Below are positions 26,430-39,656 of a DNA stretch of 64,000 nt, piece by piece (position 1 is the first letter of the stretch; the number at the start of each line of letters is the position of its first letter). The stretch is from positions 1 to 64,000 of the forward strand of contig RBNJ01000011.1 in the NCBI GenBank assembly GCA_003990765.1. The letters are read 5' to 3'. A program made the position numbers and the translations under genes. Below the pieces are notes generated by a model. It worked only from the letters and a program-made list of their open reading frames with translations. It searched no databases and was not told the DNA's origin. The stretch comes from Jimgerdemannia flammicorona (lineage: Eukaryota).

Positions 26430-28434
26430 GTGTATACTAGGCAGGGTGGCCCTGGAGCATTTGAATGGCAGCAAGTGGGGAGAGACCCCAGCTTGGGGGG
26501 AAGTATGAGGGGCCTGCTGGTGGGAGGCCATGGTGGAGGAGGGGGTGGCGCTGGGGGTCAAGGGTCTGGTAGGGTGAGTTTTGCGGAGAAGGTGAAGGGG
26601 GATCAGCAGGGAGCTGGACTAGAGAGCTGGCTGAGAGGAGGGAAGGTACTGGTGAAGGCTTCCAGGCAGCAACCTCTTGGGGGTACCTCTCTGGAGGGCC
26701 ATAGGGATGGAGCTGGGGGGGTAGCAGCTGGGGCGGGGACTGCTGAGGGGGGTGTGATGGGTGATCTGGAAAAAAATCTAGATGGGACTGCTGATGGTGA
26801 GCTGAGCGGTGGGAAGGGCATAAGGCCTGGGGACCTGGCGAATGGTGTAATAGAACTGGTAGTGGCTCCATTACTCAAGAAGTCGATCTCAGTATTTGCA
26901 GTCACATTGTGTTTCCGGGGCTTAGCGGTGATGGCAAAAATAGTGTTGGGGCTTATCACTAAGCAGGTGGCAGGAGCGGCTTCAGTGAAGTTTCTGAAGG
27001 GACTGGAGGGGGTAGAGGTGGGTTTTGAGAAGGTTGAACCACTGGAGGAGGCACTGAAGATTGGGTTGGTGGTTGGGGAGATGTGTGTTCTGATGGCGAG
27101 GTGTTTGAAATGGGATCCAAGGGTGGTCCAACTGCTAGTGAAAGGAGTATCCATGGTGATGGTGATGGAGATGAGGAAGAGAGTAGAGGATATTATGGCA
27201 GAGTATGGAGAGGTGGTGGATATCAGATTCAGGGTCTGGGAAGGGACCACACTCAGGACTAGAGATGTGGATGTGAGGATTCGGCTGGCTGAGAAAGAGG
27301 CTACTGGAAAGATGAGGGACTGGCCCGGTGATGGTTTGGGGAGCGTTCCTGTGCAAGGTGACGTGGGTAAAAGGAAGTGAAGAGGAGGAGGAAGATTTAT
27401 TAGAAGTGCTGGAGGAGCTGGATGGGGCTGTGGAATGGCGAGCTAAGGCCTGGAAGACTTTCGAGGAGTCAACACACCTGGAGGTGGTGGATGGAAAGAG
27501 GATTCGAGTGGACAAGGTGCAGTGGGAAAGGGCTCAGGGGCAGAAGAGGCAGAAGAATCTGCTGGCTAAGCTGGGGGGTGGACCACAGAAGGATACGAGC
27601 ATGAAGACAGGTGCAGAAGGGGCTGGAGCGAGTGTCTGGGCTGGTGAGAGGAGTGGGAATGATGGGGCAAAGACAGAGAAGACTACAGAGGTGAAGATTA
27701 GCGACCCATATGCTGACGGCACCTTGGAGGTTTGGGATGAAGTCTGGGAGAACTCCCCCACCCCTTTCCCTCTTATCAGATGTGGCCCAGCTTCCAGGAA
27801 CAAGTCTGGGGAGGACATGATGATGCTGGGGACCCAGTAGGTGAAATTCAGTATTCTGGAGGTGATGGATGGGGACCAAGTAGTGGCGGCCGGAGAGGAG
27901 GAACTGGTGGATGTCCCAGAGATGTGGGATGAGGATGTGAGTGTGGGAGCTGACACCACAATGCTGGATGGAGGGAGGCCGGCGACCCCTGGTGGGAAGG
28001 AGGTGGGAAACCTACTTTGGATGTGCCGGATGATGAATAACCTGGTGGCAGAAGAGCTGGGGGAGGTGGACTTGCATGGGATGGGTGATGAGCACTGGAC
28101 AAGAATTTTGCAGGGGGAAGGAGTGGTGATGGTGCTGAAGGTAGAAATTCTCGTAGTGTATCTGGTGGAGGAAGGGTATGAGGTGGACAAGGAGAGGGAG
28201 GCAGAGTTGGCGGTTGTTGTGGGGGAGAAGGCTGAGTACTGTTGGAATAGGTATCATGGGTTGCAGCTTTGGCAGGAGGCTTGCATTGAGTACAGAGAGG
28301 AGTTTGAGGAAAAGGCAGATGAGGAGATGAATGAGCTGTTGGCTGGACTGGAGGCTCGGAGGGCTGAAGAGGAGGAGGTGATGGCTGAACATAATCTGGA
28401 CATACCACAGGAGGTGATGGGTATGGAGCAGTAG
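26430..28434 (+). pseudogene. ORF1 of the L1/Tx1-like element (frameshifted, with stop)
   Basis: Gly-rich N-terminus with SFAEKVK, an RRM-like segment (YGEVVDIRF...RTRDVDVRIRL) and an acidic C-terminus, directly upstream of the EN-RT ORF. Start approximate. Confidence 0.65.
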
Positions 28435-28464
28435 GGATTGATTGAGAACAAACTGTATTTCATC

Positions 28465-31400
28465 ATGAATAGTACAACCAACATTTTTTCTTTGAATGTG
28501 AATAGGCTTAGGGGCACAGTTAGATGCAGGAACATTTTTCTTTGGTTAAAGGGATTGGAGGCCGATCTCTTCCTCTTGCAGGATATCAAGTGCGAGGATA
28601 ACTCTGATAGGATGAAATGGACTAAGGAATGGGGTGGCATGGCAATTTGGAACAACAAGGTTGGGATTCTGATTCAGAAGGGCAGAGGGGAGATAAGGAA
28701 TGTGAGGAGCTGGGGGGAGAGACTGGTCTGGGGTGAGTGGATTTGTGCAGGTTGGGAGCCAGTTACAGTTGGCTCCTGTTACTGCCCTGCTGTGCGGGGG
28801 GAGCAGGTGGATTGGGTAAAAGGGCTCCTGGAGAGTGGAATCCTTGCTAAAGCTGGGTTGGATATGCTTGGAGGAGATTTCAATATGGTTCAGGATATAT
28901 GGCTGGATAGAACTGATGGAGGATGGGGTGCTGAGAGTAGGAGTGGGGGACTGGCGATGTGGGAGGAGGTTGAAAGGCTAGGAGTACTGATGGATGCTGG
29001 TAGGGAGTACTGGGGGGACAGGAGAGTATATACGCATTGGGCTGGAGGTCTGGAGACAAGGATTAACTGGATTCTGATGGCCGACTATTGGGGCTGCAAT
29101 GTTTGGAAGATGCTAGAGGTAGAATGGTATCTGTGGTCAGATCACTGGGGCCTTTTGGGACAGGGATGTTTTGGGGGAAGTGGTGATGGGCCTGGACATT
29201 GGTGCCTCAATTCCTCCTTGTTGGATGATGAGTCCTGGTGGGAGGAGTGGGCAAACAACATTCAGCTAAAGGTGGTGAATTGGCAGCAGGAAGGGGCTGC
29301 AATTGGGGTTCGGTAGATGAGGATGAAAGAGATGGCCAGGATGTATTGGAGTGAGGCTGGCAGAGTGGCTGGGAAGCAGTGAAGGCAGAAAGTGCATTGG
29401 GCTTCTACTAGATTGGTTGGGTTCCTGGAGGAGTGGGCGAGACTGACAGTAGTGGAGAGAGAAGAGGATTGGAGAATAATGAGGGTGAAGATGGAGGTTG
29501 GGGAACTACAACAGGTACTGTGGGAAGAGGAAGAGTCAAGGGTGCAAGGCCTGGTGGTACAGCTTCATTGGCAGGGGCTGAAGGAAGGGGAGAGACCTTC
29601 CAAGTTTCTCACGAGGATACTTCGAGCGTGAAGGGTACAGCAGCGGTGGGAAGGGGTACTTGACTCTGATGGAGTACTAGTATATGGTGTACAGGACATT
29701 CTTGGAATGCTGAAGGCACGATAGAGTAGATTGTGGAGTGAGGAGGAGGGTGGGGCGGATGCTATGGCCATTGACCAGACATTAGAAGATTGGCACCCAC
29801 CACAAGCTGAAGGACTAGGTGACCTGGTGATACCTATAAAGGAGGATGAGATCCACCAGGTTCTTGCTGCGACAGCCTCAGGTATGGCGCCTGGGGAGGA
29901 TGGCCTCCCCTGGGACTTCTGGAAGCAAATGGTTGGAGTCCCAGGCATGTTGGGGGAGTTGACAGCACTGTGTGACTCTATATTGCAGTCAGGGAGATAG
30001 GTGGGGGAGCAGGATCTTGGGCTGGTGACGCTGCTTTATAAGAACAAGGGAAGGCGAGAGAATTGGAAGAACTGGTGGCCAATTATGTTGCTGGACATGG
30101 ACAGAAAGTTGGTGACTAAGGTAGTGGTCGCAAGACTACAGAAGATAGCCCAGCAAATTGTGAGTGTTGAGCAGAGGGGCTTCATAGGGGGTCGGCTTAT
30201 TAGAGATGGCATGGCCTGGGTATATGGAGTTATTGAAGGTGCTCGAGCCTGTGGACTAGATGGGCATCTTGTCTTCTTGGACCAGGAGAAGGCCTATGAC
30301 TGGGTGCAGCAAGTCTGGCTGGCAAAAGTATTAGATAGAATTGGAGTTCAAGTCCCATTTCGGTTGGCAATGGTCAGCCTACTGGAAAGGAGTAGGGCTG
30401 CACTCATGTGTAATGGACATAGAGGGGTAGCATTCCCTCTGGGTAGGGGAGTACCCCAGGGGGACCCACTGTCCCCCATTTTGTATACTCTTTCCTTGGA
30501 ACCTCTAATGGACTGAATTCGGCAGAGGATTGTGGGGCTCTCTATCTATGGAGTTGGCTGGAAGGTTGGAGCCTTTGCAGATGATATTGTGGTTGGTTTG
30601 GGAGTGACTGCGGATGTCGAGGAGCTCAAGAAGACAGTGGAGTGGTATGAGGAGAACTCTGGGGTGAAGCTGAATTGGCACAAGTGTGAAACAATAGTAC
30701 TGGGCAACAGCCTGGTGGGTGGAGAAGTTATTGGAACAATTGTCCCCACTGGAGAGGCAGTGCAGTACTTGGGCATCTATTTGTTGGTCTATGGGTCTGT
30801 TTTGCCCAGGCTGTGGTGGGAGCAGAGGATTGGAATTTGGAAGGAGGACCTGTGGGGTTGGGGGGGTAGACACTTCTCTCTGGCAGGAAGGATCTCAATT
30901 TTGAATGTATACTGGCTGCTGAAGCTGTGGTATTTGGCTTATCATCTGGACTTCCCAGCCTGGGTGGTGAAGAGATTGGTGAAGGTGATCAAGGGATGGA
31001 TTTGGGCTGGCAGATGAAGTCAGATTGGTTGGGAGACTTTGTTCCTACTGGTGGCAAGAAGTGGTCTTGGGCTGGTGGACTTCCCCAAGAGACTACACTG
31101 CTTGAGAGCATGGTGGCTGAGGAGGGCAGTGGAGTTGTGTGGAGGGGGCTGGGTTCCTCTGCTACAGAAGGTATGGGAGAGGTGGACATCGCCACGAGGC
31201 TTGACTGGTGATCTTCTTTCATTTGTTGGGCTTCAGAACACTGTGCAACTGAGATATAAAGGCTTCTGGTGGGGATAGCCAAGGGGGCACACCGCATTGG
31301 TATTTGCTGGTGAGGAGATGAGGGGGAGAGGGCTTGGGGCCTGGCGATGTGGAGATGGGATGGCATTCTTCTGGGAGGCATACCTTTATTTGAGTTCAAC

Positions 31401-31961
31401 ATTAGTGATGGCATCAAATGCCAAAGGGGACCAGGCCAGGATCTGTGACCTAGTGGTTGGCAAGGAGTTAGAATTGGTGAGGAGTGGGACTGGCATGGGG
31501 TCTGGACCTGGAATGCTGCAGTGAAAAATTGGATGCTGCCAAAGTACTGGGTGGTCTGGTGGCGCAAGCTGAGGAGGAATGTGATACTTAACTTCTGCTC
31601 AGAACACCTTATTGTAGGGAGCTGCTTTGACTGCAAGGAGTGCCATAATGTAGGGCAGGAAGGGGGATTTGTACAGATGCTGGAACATTGGCTAGGGGAG
31701 TGTGAGATGTTGGGAGACTTTTGGCAGGCCATTGGGGACCACTTGGAGGTAAGGCGTACAGGTGATGATGTATGGAGGAGGTGGGAGGACCTGAGGGATC
31801 GATTGATAGGAGGGGTAGGGGAGAAGTGGATTACTTTAGGCTGGGCATTGGCTATTTGGATTGGGCTGCCAGTCACTGGCTATTTGTATTTGAGGAGGAG
31901 AGGCAACAGAGCTTGGAGAGCTAGTTATCATGGTGGCAGTGCCTTATGGAGGATATCTTGA
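28465..31961 (+). pseudogene. ORF2: AP endonuclease, reverse transcriptase and C-terminal Cys/His domain
   Basis: SLNVNRL, LLQD, GGDFN and SDH (APE); APGEDGLP, QRGF, LDQEKAYD, GVPQGDPLSP, FADD and YLG (RT); CFDC..C...HWLGEC. Several premature stops. Confidence 0.9.
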
Positions 31962-33950
31962 CAGGCTGGTGGCTTGGTTGGGGGCTGCAGGAGAGTTGGA
32001 GGCACCACTTGGTGGTGAAAATCTGTGGTCAGAGTGGTGGGAGAGTTGGAGTTGTTGGTGAGAGGGTGGTCTTTATATATGAAGAGGTGGGGAGGGGCCC
32101 CCCAATGGGGATTGGATAGTGGGTGGTAATATTGTATACTTATTCATAGACTGGTAATAAAGATGGAGTCCAAGGGACTATAAAAAAAAAATAAAAAAAA
32201 TAAAAAAAATAGAGATCTCTTATGTAGATATTTAGACTTGGAGTCCTTCTTATATGTAACCTTATTGCCCTCTTGATATTGGAGAATATTTATTCTTAAA
32301 TAGATAGATCAGAATGACTCCTTGATCTTACTATTTAATAGATAATAGATATTTTGTTTTATAGTAAGTCTTTTATTTATAATTTGATATTTTGTACTTC
32401 TTCTCTTAATACTTCTTTTATATCTTAAGAGTCTTCTTCTTTGGTCTAGAGGATAGGGTCATCTGATTTGGGATAGTATACTATTAGATTTATTATAAGT
32501 CATTATGAGTTCAGATAGAAATCATCTTCTGATCAAGATGAGTTACAGTTGATTTATAACTTATAACTAGTAGCTTGTAAAGTCAAGACAGTCTTCTGAA
32601 TTCTGATGTCACTGATTTTGAAGATATTATCATAATAGTTATATTCAAATAATATCTATATTACTATCAGATATAAATATAAAATTCCTAAAAATATTAT
32701 AGATAGTATTCAATTACTATCAATTCCTATTATAATAGTATATTAGATTTTAAATATATTTGATATAACTGACTCTATAAAAAAGATTATCTTTGATAAT
32801 ATTGTATTTTTGTTAGTAATAAAATTAGATTCTTATGAGTATGGTGAACTTTTTGTAACATATTTTCAAAATGGGGCTAATATTACCTCATACTACTTTT
32901 AGTAAATAAGTAATTATTCAGATAAGCTTTCTAAGAAATATTTTAATAATATTCACCCATGGACAATATTTAAGTCAATGTAATCTTTATAATTATTCTA
33001 TATAGAAAAGTCAAGGAAGTTAAAAAAATAGTATTTATTATTCTAATATATTAATTATAAATTCTACTAAAATACTAAGTTTCACTTTAATATTAGTCTA
33101 TTTATTATTAGGTTTTCTAGTATAATATAACTCTGTAATTATATAAAAAGATATCTAAAATATTAAATTATAGAGTCAGAATTTTAAGTTACCATTAAGT
33201 AGTAGAGATATTAAGATATCAGTTATTAAAAATATTTAGACATACTTGGATATATAATTATATAACTAATTTTGTGAGTAGCAAAATTGAAGTGATCTAT
33301 TTTATATAATATATATAGATATTATTTATTTCTAGTATAATATATCTCTGTAGATATATAGAAGAATATCTAGAATATCAAAATACAGAGCCAGAATTTT
33401 CAATTACCATTTGGTAGTAAAGATATTAGCTATTAAAAATGTTAGAGTATATTTAGATATATAATTATATGTATATATATTGTGACAATATAGCCAGATT
33501 CGGAAGAAGGAAATAGGGAATAGACACTTGATCGCACCCAGTCTCAAAGTAGTATAGCTACATAGTTAATAGTCCTCGATTTTGCAACTTGCTAAATATT
33601 TCACAAAGTGCAAGATTGAGCTTCCTGATATAGTATAGCATTTCGCAACTGGCGAAATATTTCGTAAAGTGTTAAATAACTCATAATTTAGCCATGTAAC
33701 CCAGTAACCATCTTATAGCTAGCAAACTTGTATAAATAACCCAGTATCTTTGAGTGAATAAACCTCAGATCAAAATAGTTCAAAGCAAAGAGATAGCAAA
33801 GGAACTAGTAAGCCTGTGGGCAGATATACTTCGAACTCACCCACCCTCCCCTGTAACTTCAAGAGACTCTGTGAGAGTCAGAACAGTCAAGTCTTCAAGA
33901 TACAGAAATCCGACATACTTTCAAGAGTAAGCATCTGTTACATTACAACT

Positions 33951-33968
33951 TGGTGCCCATTGGCTGAT
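33951..33968 (+). promoter_or_regulatory. Primer-binding site candidate TGGTGCCCATTGGCTG
   Basis: Starts with TGG 3 nt after the 5' LTR in all three copies. The priming tRNA is not assigned. Confidence 0.7.
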
Positions 33969-34061
33969 GATTCAAGATGAATCCCTCACTTTCAAGCTGA
34001 ACAATGAACAACTGCCACTATCCGAACAACTATACAAACTGAGCCCCAATACCTAGACAAG

Positions 34062-37000
34062 ATAGATATAAGACCACCAGTATTCCATGGATATACCTCA
34101 GATGAATCAATCATCACCTTCATTGATGATTTTGAGCAGTATGCCACTGTAAGGACCCTGACAGCAGCACAGCAAGTAACCCTCATGCCCTTCAGCCTAC
34201 GAGGCCCTGCCAGAGCAGCATTTACAGCCGCAACCCATGCAGGAAATGATGCCAATACTATACTGATAGCACAGAAGACCTGGCTCCAAAATACATATTA
34301 CACAGATGAGATCAAGCAAGCTCTGAAGGATCAGCTCAACACAACATACTAAGGAATGAGCAAGGATCCAAATACATTCTATACCAGAATTCAATATCAG
34401 ATAATCCTTACAGATTATACTGCTGCTATCTGAGATCAAGTAGCCGAAGCAATCTTCATGAAAGGAGTCCATCCAGAAATAGCCATGGCCATCTGCTCAT
34501 CACCAGTAATTCTGGATCTGCCACAGAAGGTCATCTATACTCAGCAATACTGGATAGCCAGACATCCACAAGACCATACAATGGAAAGGATCACAGGAGT
34601 CAGAATCGAGGTACTTAAGGCAACCAGTATGATCTCTACCACAATGATCAATTGGAACACATCTCAGCCAAAAGCTATAGAGCAGCAGAAGAACAGTGAC
34701 CCTATGGAGGAACTCATCAAAAGATTTGCTGAAATGACTGCCCACCTGGGAGACATGGTAAAGGAAATTCGAGGAAGAGACTGCTGCCCTGTCCAGAAGT
34801 TTGCCACCACCTCAGATAAGAAGAAAGGCACCTGCTATACTTGTGGAGAAGAAGGCCACTACTTCTATAAATGCATGAGTAAAACCAAGTACAAGGCTCA
34901 ACCAAGCAATGTCATACAAAATAAGGAACAGGCCAATACAATTACCTTCGAGGACATCAGAGACTCTGATGAAAAAGAATGAGAGGCCTATCCTGCTCAG
35001 ACCACCAGGAAGACCCAAGAAGAACTCAGTGGAAAAGTAGATGGAAACTACTACAGAAAGCCAAGCTGAAGAGATAGACCAAGATACAGAGCTAGAGCAA
35101 GCAGTTCAAGATATCATCTGAGAAACTACTCTAGCCAGTGAAGGAGAAAAAGAAAAGAAGCTTCGCAAGACCAAGACCTTTAAGTATGATATCTTCAAGG
35201 ACCTCAGTCAACAAAAGGTCAATGCAACCTTTGGTCAGCTTACAGAAATCCCAACATTCAGACAGCAAATGAGGTTTGGACTTGCCAAAACAACTAAGGA
35301 ACAAGGATGGAAGATAACTGAGACCAATAATGCTCAAGAGGACTCAGGAGAAGAAAGTGAGAACAATCGCAAAACCTCTACATATGCAACATGCCAAATC
35401 GAAGATAGAATCTTCGAGGCCATTATTGATATGGGAGCAGGAGGATGTCTCCTCAGTAAGAAGGCAGCAGACCACCTAGGTTGGGATGTGAAAGAAGCAA
35501 CTAAGCTGGTGTTTGTCACAGCCGATGGCACAAGAGCTACACCTCTGGGAAAGATCCGAGATGTTCCTATTAAGATTGGAGGAGCAACCATCTCAGTAGA
35601 TGTAATCGTAACCAATGCCACCAACTATGACATCCTCATCGGCAATCAATGGCTTCACAAAGCCAAGGCAGTAATTGATCTCAATGCCCAGAAGATGCAG
35701 ATCACCTACCAGGGACAGAAGATATGAATTCCCATCAATGTCAACAAAGGAGTCCTGCCCAACATGGAGGAAGAAGAGAGCGAGCAAGAGGAAGCTTATA
35801 TGGTGACTACTCCAAAGAAGAAGAAAGTTGGGTGGATGAGTAAAGAAGAATGGTGCAAGAAGATGGCAGAAGGCTATGCACCACAAGAAGTCTGTCCTCA
35901 TGGGATCAAGATGTACTACATGGAGCATATCAATGATTGCTACCAGTGCACCATTGGAATCAGGAAAATCCACCAGGCAAGAAGACAGAAAGCTCTTGAA
36001 AAACAGATCAGAGAAGACAAGAAGGAGGAAGATGACGAACCACCAGTCCTCCTGGAGGACAGTGATGATGAAGAAGAAATCAAGATCAGGATTCGAAAGA
36101 TCCACCCTGATGTAGTCTTGCCAGAATACAAGTCAGAAAATGCAGCTGAAATGGACATCACTACAGTAGAAGAGACCATACTGGAACCCCAGACAACTAC
36201 TCTACTTGCAACTAGATTGGAGATGACTATCCCAAAGGATCATATCGGGATTCTCAAGACAAGAAGTAGTCTAGCTAGAAGTGAAATTACAATTGAAGGA
36301 GGAGTTATTGATTCAGACTACACCAGAGAAATTCTACTCATTGCTAGGAATTACAATCCTACAATTCCATTTCCAGTCAAGAAGAAGGACCAATTGGCAC
36401 AAATGTTGATCTTTCTAATCCTACAACCAAAGATCATAGAAGTTAAGAAGCTGGAGGAAACAAGAAGAGGAAAGAAAGGATTTGGATCCACAGGAAGAGG
36501 AGTATTCGCCAATACCAAGATCACCAAACTTGAGCATAAGAAGGAGGAAAATACAAGCAAGCATAGCTACACCATCAGAAATGAATTTCCACTCAAGAAA
36601 GAACTCAAGAAAATACTCCACGAATTCGAGGACATCCTTGCCACAGATTTCAAGGATATTAAGGGAAAGACCCCATACTACTATTATGAGGTAGATACTG
36701 GAGACACTGAACCAATTTATCAGAAGGCAAGACCTGTCCTGCCAGCCTACTGAGAATGGCTCAGAGAAGAAATCAAGCAGATGGAAGAAGCTGGCATCAT
36801 TAAAGAAGCCAGCAGCCCCTGGTCCTCACCTGTTGTACTAGCCCCAAAAAAAGGAAGCAAGCCTGGAGAATTCGCCCCAAGACTCTGTGTCAACTATAGA
36901 AAACTCAACATGGTTACCAAGAAGGATTGCCAACCACTGCCCCTCATCAATGACATCCTCATAACACTGGGAGATGAAGCACAGTACTACAGCACCTTGG

Positions 37001-38016
37001 ACTTATACTCAGGATTCCACCAAATCGAACTCACAGATATGGCAAGTGAAAAGTCAGCTTTCATCACTCCAGACGGAACCTATGTCTACCTATGAATGCC
37101 ATTTGGAATGTGCAATGCACCAGCAAGCTTCCAGCGAATGATAAACAAAATCTTCTGCTATGACATAGGAAGATGGATGATGGTCTATGTCAATGATATA
37201 ATCATCTACAGCAAGACACCTGAGGAACATCTGCAGCACATACAGCAGATAATGGAGAGACTAAGATAACATGGCCTTTACATCAAACTCAAGAAGTACA
37301 AGTTCACAGAAATCAAGATCTCCTATCTCGGCCATATTATCAACTGAGATGGAACACACATGGACACCCTCAAAATACAAGCAGTGGCAGCATACCCAAG
37401 ACCCACCACTGTTATAGAAGCCCAAGCCTTCATGGGACTTGCCTCCTATTATCGCAGATTTATTAGAGGATTTTCTAATATTGCAGGACCAATCTATGAA
37501 CTTAACAAGAAGGATACCAAGTTCCAGTGGACTGGCAAACAACAAAAAGCATTTGATGAACTTAAGGTTAGACTGACCCAGGCACCCATCCTCAGAAGAC
37601 CTGACTGGACTCAAGAATTCATCCTACAGACTGACACAAGCGCACAAGGACTAGGAGCAGTCCTAGCTCAAAAGAAAGATAAAGTGGAGTATGTCATTGT
37701 ATACCTCAGCCACGGAACCCGAGAAGCTGAAAAAGAATATGAATCCTATAAGTTGGAATGCCTCACAGTCATCTGGGCCATAGAAAAGTTCTACTACTAC
37801 TTGGCTGGAAGACACTTCACCATCCAAATGGACCACTCAGCTCTTACCTGGCTACTGACAACTGGACAACCCAAAGGAATCTATGCCAGATGGATAATGA
37901 AGTTGCAAGCTTATGATGTAACCATTGTACATCACTCTGGAAGAACCAATGCCAATGTAGATGTACTCTCACAGACACCTCGAAGGACCCCACCCCTACA
38001 AAATTGCCATGAATAA
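34062..38016 (+). pseudogene. gag-PR-dUTPase-RT-RNase H, copy 3
   Basis: ORFs starting at 35269, 35764, 36781 and 37360 are all in one frame. dUTPase shows GILKTRSSLA, GGVIDSDY, LAQMLI and RGKKGFGSTG. A small deletion near 35010 shifts gag. Confidence 0.9.
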
Positions 38017-39206
38017 GGAGCTCTACTATGGAATTATCACATACCTGGGACAGCGAAAGATGCCCCAACATCTGGAAGAATGGACACAAATGATTATCAA
38101 CAGAACATGGAAACAATTCGAAACTGATGGAGAAACACTGAAGAAAGGAGAACTACTAGTCATACCAGAATACAAGAAGGAGCAAGTGATGAAATCAGTA
38201 CATGAACTCGGCCACCTAGGAGGAATGAATACATATGATAAGGCAAGGAGAACAATATGGTGGCCAGGGATGGAGGAAGATATCAGACAATTCATCAAGA
38301 CCTGCGACAAATGCCAGAAACAGAAACAAGACCAACAAAATCAAGCCCCAGAATCAGCACACATAGAACCAGTACCATTCGCCCACATTGCAATAGACAT
38401 AATTGGCCCCCTACCCTTGACCTTAACTAGCAACTGATACATCATCATCATTGTAGACCTTTTTACAAAATGGATAGAAGCAGGACCCCTTATGGAAGCC
38501 AATGCACAGTCAATTGCTGATTTCTTCCACAAGGAAATCATCTGCCAGTTCAAGACCCCAACACAAGTAACTATAGATAGAGGAACAGAATTTGTAAACC
38601 AGTTCTTCAAAGTTCTCTACAAGAAGTACAAGATCCAGTATATTCAGACTACAGCATATCACCCTCAAGAAAACAGACAAGTAGAAAGGACCAACAAAAC
38701 CCTCAAGAATGTTATTGCCAAGATCTGTGATATGTAACTACGAGAGCTGGGATCACTATCTACCAATAGCATTATCTGCTCTCCGAGATATCCAATCACA
38801 AAGTACTCACTTTACTCCTCAAGAAATGCTGTTCAGAGAAGAATGTTCCCAGGGAACCCTGTCATCCAATGGAGATGCCGTATGGAAACATGTGGACATG
38901 GAAATATAGAGACTACACCAAATCAGGAAGAAGGCTGAGGATTACATAATGAAGGTGCAGACACTATAACAGAGGAATGCAGAAAAGACCCACAAATCCT
39001 TGGAGATTATCAAGATAGGAGACAAAGTCCTGGTGTATCAGAATATGGTCAAAGCTTCATGGTCACGAAAACTGGAGCCCAAGTGGGAAGGACCTTACCT
39101 TGTGCAAGATATAAAAGAAACCACCTTTTGGCTACGAAAACCATCAGGCACAATAATCCCCACCACCATTCATCGAAACTGACTCAAGAAATATCATGGC
39201 CAGTAA
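38009..39206 (+). pseudogene. Integrase ORF, copy 3
   Basis: ATG at 38009 lies in the +1 frame relative to RNase H (stop 38014-38016). HHCC, DDE core and GPY motifs are present. Confidence 0.85.
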
Positions 39207-39656
39207 CAAAAGTACTACAATGGCACTCAAGATCACTAGTGCTGCCCAAAGAGCCATCGAGAGACAATGGTGCACCACTGAGCCTCCAACCATAGAGGAG
39301 TCTTATGACAGTATCCAAAGCATCATGCAGACTCATCTCCTTGGATCCCACACTTCAAGGCCTATCAGCATTGGAATGAATTCCAAGAGTACTTCAAACT
39401 CAGCCAAGTACTCAACCAAGACCCAGAAATGACCAAAGAAAATTGGATCATAGAATGCCAGCTCTCCTATTCCCAGATCACCATTGCCAAAAGAATCCAC
39501 AAGCTATTCTGAGAGGATGAATCAGCATTAGTCCACCTGTGAGGAGTGACTCCCTCAGACTTCGACTGAGTCAGGTGACACTATTGGGAAACAGTGATGT
39601 AATAAATCGCACAATACAAGACTATACAGACCATTGAAGCTTAGAAGTTTGAATAG
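39196..39656 (+). pseudogene. Accessory ORF3, copy 3 (1-bp deletion)
   Basis: MASNKSTTMALKITS..., colinear with copies 1 and 2. Confidence 0.7.

Larger units (their letters stand above)
26320..32208 (+). mobile_element. Full-length L1/Tx1-clade non-LTR retrotransposon (inactivated)
   Basis: 12-bp TSD ATAGAGATCTCT (26308-26319 and 32209-32220), AATAAA at 32156-32161, a (TA7-10)n tail, ORF1 and an EN-RT ORF2. Confidence 0.92.

Noticed and set aside
26437-31876. Long Pro/Ser-rich minus-strand ORFs over the L1
   Set aside because: They are antisense shadows of a G-rich coding strand with no domain evidence.
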